Part shown: positions 57,934 through 64,000 of the stretch, piece by piece
How positions within the stretch are numbered: position 1 is the first letter of the stretch
Layout of the letters: every line of letters starts with the position of its first letter
NCBI GenBank assembly: GCA_004431415.1
Contig: QPMI01000644.1
Location: forward strand, 55,905 to 119,904
Reading direction: 5' to 3'
DNA from: Cyanophora paradoxa CCMP329
Taxonomy: Eukaryota; Plantae; Glaucophyta
DNA: 64,000 bases
Position numbers and translations under genes: made by a program
The notes under the pieces: generated by a model
What the model was told of the DNA's origin: nothing
The model's database searches: none
The model's input: the letters and a program-made list of their open reading frames with translations, nothing else

Positions 57934-58815
57934 ACCCCGCGACGCGTCGGCGAGAGGCCGCAACATTAACCGGGCGGGCGCGCAAATCCCACCGCGGCGC
58001 ACCGCATGCGATGCCGCCAGTCTCCGCCGTAGACGCCTAGCCCAGCAGGCCCCCTCATGCAGCGGCTGCCCCATTAGAGTATGCATATGGAGTTAATTTG
58101 CGCGCCGTCGGGCGCCCGGCCCGGCGTCACGATCGACCGGCTCTCTGATCATGAAACTTGAAAGGCCCTGTATATGCATGCAGCTGACGCTTAAGCTTGC
58201 CACCTCCGGACCCGGTCCCGATCGACGCTCGAGCTCTCGCCCTCGAGCTCGGCCCATTTGCACCCGTTTCGAATTGGACTGCCTTGTTTGCCTTTTTGTA
58301 CGTATATACCGTAGTACAGTATATATAAGACGGGTACAGTTTGTTATTGGTACAATATTAAATTAGTGTCGCGAAAACTGAATTCAAATTCGAAAGCACT
58401 AGTTTGCCATTGCCACTGCAATCTCAGCCTAGTCGGACGTACTCTAATCTCAGACTACACTCAAAATCGCGATATCGAGGGTCCGATTCCGACCCGATCC
58501 CGATCTCAACGCCTCTATATCGCTAACTAAACGCTTACCTACGAACGCGTGAAGCTGCCCTGATCATGAGCGTACGAATGCGTTTACAGTACAGTAAGAC
58601 CCGTCCGCGATCCACAGGGGATCAGAGAATCGATCTGCCTACATCTTTCACGCGAGGAAATTTGAATGCAAAATTATCACGGGACGCATCAATAGAAAGA
58701 TGGGTGCACGTAATTGTTCCTGTACGCTAACGCTACCATACGCTGCAGCAGAAAGGAAAGAATAGTTATACAAAAGAGATAGATGATGAAGAGGATGTGC
58801 GGAACTCCGAAAAGC

Positions 58816-60165
58816 TCACGCCCCCACGGCGCCCGAGGGGACCTGTGGGGCATCGACGACGTCGATTATCTCGACATCTGCGGGCGCGGCGCGGGGTCAG
58901 AGCGGGGCCCGAAACAGAACGAAAACATAGAACGGGAGCGCGCCGTTGGAGCAGCCGGCCTTTAGCTTCGCGTTCTCCTCCTTCAGCTTCGCGTTGAGCG
59001 CCTCAGCGTCCCGCAGGCGCTTCAGCAGCGCCGCCAGCGCCTCTGCGCGCGGCGCGTCAGCGATGCGCGACCGGTTTTGCGCTTGCTCGCTCCCGCACGC
59101 TCACCGCTAGGAGAAGAGGCGGCGGCGGCGCTTCCCGCCCCGCTGTCGGCCGAGGCGCTGAGGGCCGCCTTCGACTTGCGGAGCCCCTGGACGTCCGATC
59201 GAATTCGCGTTCCGAATTCGCCCGCTGCGGTCGCGGTCGGTTCGCACGTGGCAGCGGTTTCCTTTTCTTTCTTTGCTAGGGAAAGGCGGCCGCACCGTTC
59301 TTGAACTCGCGGTCCGGGTAAAGGTCCGCCATCAATTTCGAAAACGCGGCCTTCTCCTCCTGGGTGAGGTCCTTCGCCTTCGGAGCGTTCCCGGTGACTT
59401 GGTCCCGCATCTCGCTGACCGCGTTCGCGAGCAAGTTCGCGGGGAGCCTGGGGGGGAAAGAGGGTGAGAAAGAGGGAATGTCGGCTGCGAACGGAGGAGC
59501 TCACTGCTCGACTGGGCTGAAGTTGTGCAGGCCCTTGGCGATCAGAACGGGGCGCAGCACGTCGCGGATCTTGAACAGCTGCGTCCAGTCAGCGACAGCG
59601 GAGCTGCGCAGACTCTCATCGCGGCGTACCTCAAAGACATCCTCCTTCAGCTTCTTTAATATGTCGGGGACTGCGTTGGTGAGATCAGAATCAAGCCAGG
59701 TCATGCAGCGACAACCAGCGATTCGAGCGCACTCTCGGTGATGGGGGAGCCCTTCCAAAGCTGCGCCGCAAGGCAGAATCAGTGAAAAAGCGAGCGACAG
59801 ACATAGCTGAGACGCATGAGGGCGATTAGCTGGGTGGCAAGAGCACTAGCAGGTGGGATGGTGGTCATGCGGCACGAGCGATGCGGCGCGGCGCTAGCTT
59901 ACCGACAGCGAGAGACGGATCATGTGATTCTTTATCTCCTCAGCTGTTACGGATTCAGGCGCCGAACGGGTGCTGGGCGCACGCGCGGCGGAACGCGCGC
60001 GCGGGGCCGCGCACGGGCGAGGTCTATCCTGAGGGCGCCGTCGCCGCCCATCGCAGGCATTGATGCCGGGTGCCGGGGCCTATCCCTCAGGCCTTCGGTC
60101 GACCCGCTCCGCGATCTGCTGCCTCCATGCACGCTTCCGCCTGCGCCCGACGCTCCCGCGCCCAT
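58816..60165 (-). CDS. Hypothetical helical protein with MGAGAS myristoylation-like start and C-terminal coiled coil
   Basis: About nine short exons join in frame: MGAGAS..RIDLAP|EEIKNHMIRLSLS|CSCHPANRPH|LWKGSPITE|IPDILKKLKEDVFE|LFKIRDVLRP..|LPANLLANAVSEMRDQ..|..ALNAKLKEENAKLK|DVEIIDVVD..GA*. Confidence 0.62.
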
Positions 60166-60713
60166 GTCTAGCTAAATATCGATCCGCTACGCACGCCGTC
60201 CGACGCTAGCTTTTTCCCAGTTGCAACTTGCAAGCACTGCTGAACTGACCTTCGAAGGTGGCCGGGTTGGGGTACGACGTGAAAAGAACTCCGATCGCCG
60301 TGCGCGCGCCATGATTGCGCGGCAGTCGGAGGTTTTGATCATGAGCTCGACGTCCACCCCTCCCCTAGTACCTGTACCCCAGCAGCTGTTACCAGTTCAC
60401 TTACCACATGTCACAGTGTACGCATACGTATACGTTCGAATTCGCGTACGTGCACGTGCGCATGCTGGGGTATGTATATATCGATCGCGATCGCGGGCCT
60501 ACAGCTAGGCCGAGCGGGAGCGCTAGCGCTAGCGCTGCAGCTGGCGCTAGCGCATACATGCGCTAGCGCTCGGCGATTAGTATAGAGAGAGTCTAAATCC
60601 GTAACCGAGGCTTATTAATCCTAAATCTCTTAACTTATAGTAACCTGGTACGAAATTATTACAAAAGACTGAGGGAAGGCGCGGCGGCGCCCCTCGCGCG
60701 CCCCGCCTCCTGA

Positions 60714-63374
60714 TCAGCTCATGTCGAGGACGCGCAGGCTCTTGGCGACGGCGGCGCGGCCGACGGCGCCCCCCGCGGGGCTCACGAGCCCCGCGCTGGA
60801 AGAGCTCCGGAACGTCACCGGCCGCGAGGGCGCCACCCAGCCCGTGGAGGGCACCTGCACGGCCAGCGCCATCGCCTTGAACTTGCGCGACATGGACGAG
60901 ACGGGCCGCGAGCGCGCCGCGGACGCCGCGTCGCCGCCCTCGGCCGTCGTCGCCGCCGGGGAGACCGCCTCCTCAGCGGGGGGCCCCTCGTGGTGCGACT
61001 CCTCCCACTCGAAGCGGCGGCGGGTGACGGCGGCGCCGGGCTGCCGCACGAGGGTGCCGGCCGCGCGCGAGGGCCCCCGCCCCGCCTCCGAGCCTGCGTC
61101 CGATCGCACCGACCCCCGCCGCTGGTTCGAGACGCCGACGCCCTCCTCCCCGTCTGGGCGGGCGTCAGCATGGGCGGGGCGGGGCGGGGCGGGGCGGGGC
61201 GCGCCGGGGCTCGGGGCGTGCGGCCAGGCGACGTGGGCGCGCCCGTTGAGCGGGGCGCCGTCGGGGATGGTGGGAAGCGGCTTTTCGGGGAGGCGCAGGG
61301 AGACGCGGGGCGCGGAGTGGGCCCCGGGTGGGATGGAGTCGCCGTGGAGGGCCGGCCCGGCCGGCCTGGGGTTGGCGGGGGGCGTGAGGGGCGAGCCGGG
61401 GCCCAGGGCCGCCACCGCCGGCTCTGTCTGGCGGGGGGTAGGGCCCGCCAATGCCACGCTGAGGGGGGAGGGGTACTTGTCCGTCGCGGCGGGCGGGGGC
61501 GAGGGGGCCCACTGGAGGATGCCGGCGATGGAGGAGGGCGGGCTCTCCATGCGGTCGAGCAGCACGTTCGTGCTCCGCTCGAGGCTCCGCTGGTAGTTGT
61601 GCGTCGGGAAGTCGTCCGGGTCGTCCCCGATCGGGTCCGCCAGCATGCTGCCTCGCGCGCTCAGGCCGCTAGTATCCGGAAGGCGCCCCGCCCCGACCCC
61701 GCCCGCACCTGTGGATGCGGAGGATGGCGTGGTAGATGATGATGTTCGTGGTGAAGGCCGTCAGCGAGGCCACGACGCCGCCCTTGGAGCCCTCGTCCAG
61801 GGCCCTCCCCACCTGGGGAGGAGGAGGAAAGGGCTCAGGTGAGGGGGGGAAGAGGGGTCCGGGGGGGGGGGGGGGTACGGACCTGGCCGGCGCAGACCAT
61901 GAAGAGGAGCATGAGGTGCAGGCGAACGACAAGGATTACAAGGTGTATGTAGCTGCCCAGGGGGGGGGAAGCTCCGTCAGGGGTACGCGGTGATCTGCGC
62001 GGGCGGGCAGGGCGCGGGGAGCGCACCTGTACGGGAGCAGCGTCGCCATGTACATGAAGAGGTCCGACGCGCTCCCGCTGCGCAACGAACGGACGAGCGT
62101 CAGCGGCGCGCGCGCCGAGAAGCAGGCAAAAAGGCAAGCAAGCGGGCAGGGGGAGGGCGGGCGGCGGGCGGACCGCATGAGGGTGAGGTCGTTGAGGAGG
62201 ACGGGGAGCGTGTGCTCGGGGAAGACGAGGTGCCCGCCGGCGGCGATCTGGCGGAGGGCGTGCCCGATCCAGCCGTAGGCGACCGTGGCGCGGGAGGGCA
62301 TCCCCCGCAGGTGCTCGTGCTCCTCGGGCAGCAACAGGCCCCGCTCCTCCAGGTCCCTGTACCCCCCCTCTTGTTAGATTCTCATTAGATGGATGCATGT
62401 GAGAGACCGCGCACGTCATGTCGTCCTGGCGGTAGGCCTGCTTGTAGATGAGGGCGTGGGCAAGGTTGAGGAGGCGGACGACCTCGCGCCGGGCGTGGGC
62501 GAGCGCCTCGTCGTCCCCCACCACGTGCGACCCGATCAGCATCACCAGGTTGTTGCTCCTGCGCGGCTGTGGGTGCCTGGGTGGGCGAGGCTGGCGTGTG
62601 GGCGGCCGCACCGCCCGATGACGCCCTGGATCAGGGTTCGCACGGACCACCAGCGCTGCATCGTGAGGGAGAGCAGGAAGCTGCGCGGGGCGGGCGCCTG
62701 ACGTCGGCGGGAGTGGGGGGAGGAAGGGAGGTGGGTACGTGCCCGCAGAGGAAGGAGGCGAGAGTGCTGAGGGTCTGCATGCGGGGGCGCTGGGATCGGG
62801 GGCGGTGGAGGCGGGGATGGGCGGGGGGCGCACGAGGAACTCGGTCTCGCTGGGAACGGGTATGCACCACGCCGTCCGCGGCGAGGCGCTCGCAGCCACC
62901 GCGGCGGCCGCGGCCGCCGCTGTGCCTGCCGGGGCCGGGTCCTGCGACGGACACCGCAAGTAGCCTGCCGGGGGTGATCATGGGGCGCCGGAGGCCTGCG
63001 GGGCGGGGCGGGGCGGGGCGGGGGCGCGGACCGACGCCGTAGCATAAGAGGCACAGGACGGCGGTCGAGAGGACAGCGAACGAGTCGAGAACCGTCGACG
63101 AGAAGAGCCAGAGCCTGCAGGCGGCTCACGGCGCGGCCCGCGCAGGAGCTGGCGATCTACGGAATGCGTGCGGATGCGCGGCGCACCAGCTGAAGAATAC
63201 TGTGCGCTCGGCGTCGTACGCGCTGATGTTGCGCCGGCGCTTCCCTTTGAAGTCGACGTCGTAGATCAGATGCGATGGCCTGAACCAGCGCGGGAGCCAC
63301 AGGAGCCCCAGGATCTCGTCCAGGAAGTGGAAGAAGCCCTGGACAAGCGAGATAAGCCTGCCCCCGCCGTCCAT
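60714..63374 (-). CDS. Bestrophin-family anion channel with long disordered C-terminal tail
   Basis: LASFLCG|FLLSLTMQRWW, VVRLLNLAHAL, DLEERGLLLPEEHEHL, YGWI, LLPY|SYIHLV, YHAILRI, and acidic clasp-like LADPIGDDPDDF. Confidence 0.9.
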
Positions 63375-64000
63375 CCCGCCGCCGCCGCCAGTCCTGCGCC
63401 AGGGCAAACGCGCGGCGTTAGCATCACGCACTTCGGCAGGGATCCGGACCAGCAGCCGCACCTTCTCAGCGAGGGGCCACGCTGCGACGCGGGCACGCTG
63501 TGGCCGACCCCACCGGCCCCAGGTATATGATAGCGGCCAAGAGCTCAGCGGGTAGAAGCCCTGGCGTAGCAGCCGCTCCCAAGCGGCCCAGCGGCGATTC
63601 GGCCAACTCAAACCAGTCGAGCTTGGCTGCACCGATGGCGTGCCATTCGTTCCACTGTCTGCCTCACTGCCCCCGTGCGAATCGTGCGCGCACCAGCGCG
63701 CTGTGTAGCCTCGAGCTCGGCCAGCGGTGGACTCTCTCGCAAGTTCGAGCTGGGGCGCAGCGCTACACTCTGGTCGCGCGCTGGTAGCTCTTGGCTTTTG
63801 CAGAGTGAAGCAGGACACTACAGCACCGCTTCGGCAGGCTTGCGGAACTAACGCCTTTCTGCCGAGCTTGTCACAATCCAGTACCCAACCAGGGCTGCTG
63901 CCGCGGCTCAGCGGCCTCAGCGCCTCATTTCCTCGCTGGTATTAGGCGAATAAAGACGCAGGAAGTGCGTGACAGGCCTACCGTGTGACCTGCACGTCGT

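Overview
This is a GC-rich (about 70% by eye), intron-dense eukaryotic window; most long six-frame ORFs are GC artefacts and the real genes had to be spliced by hand. A Phe-at-position-3 transit-peptide-like leader and the intron style suggest a glaucophyte-like alga such as Cyanophora (inference, unconfirmed). About 16 genes are supported. Recognisable ones: a 5'-truncated ACT-like/RING E3 ligase, a SIRT2-type sirtuin, a PRXL2A/SelU-family redoxin, an RI-type LRR protein, an 11.8-kb soluble-adenylyl-cyclase-like (ADCY10-type) cyclase-STAND-TPR protein, a membrane hybrid histidine kinase with two receivers, a dihydropyrimidinase with a signal peptide, a TRP-like channel, an FkbM methyltransferase and a bestrophin. 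The rest are orphans, one a possible Ig-fold transcription factor. No rRNA, tRNA, CRISPR or intact transposon was found. The strongest non-routine signal is in the introns: frequent GC-AG donors, introns bounded by direct repeats of the adjacent exon (up to 20 nt perfect), arrays of decaying copies of splice junctions with palindrome-rich filler, and a short dispersed element shared by two introns and an intergenic site. Together these suggest ongoing duplication- or repair-driven intron birth and expansion. Other points: atypical catalytic residues in the cyclase and recurrent motifs (TGATCATGA, GTTCAACGGTT, GTACCCC). Gene ends of the orphans are approximate.
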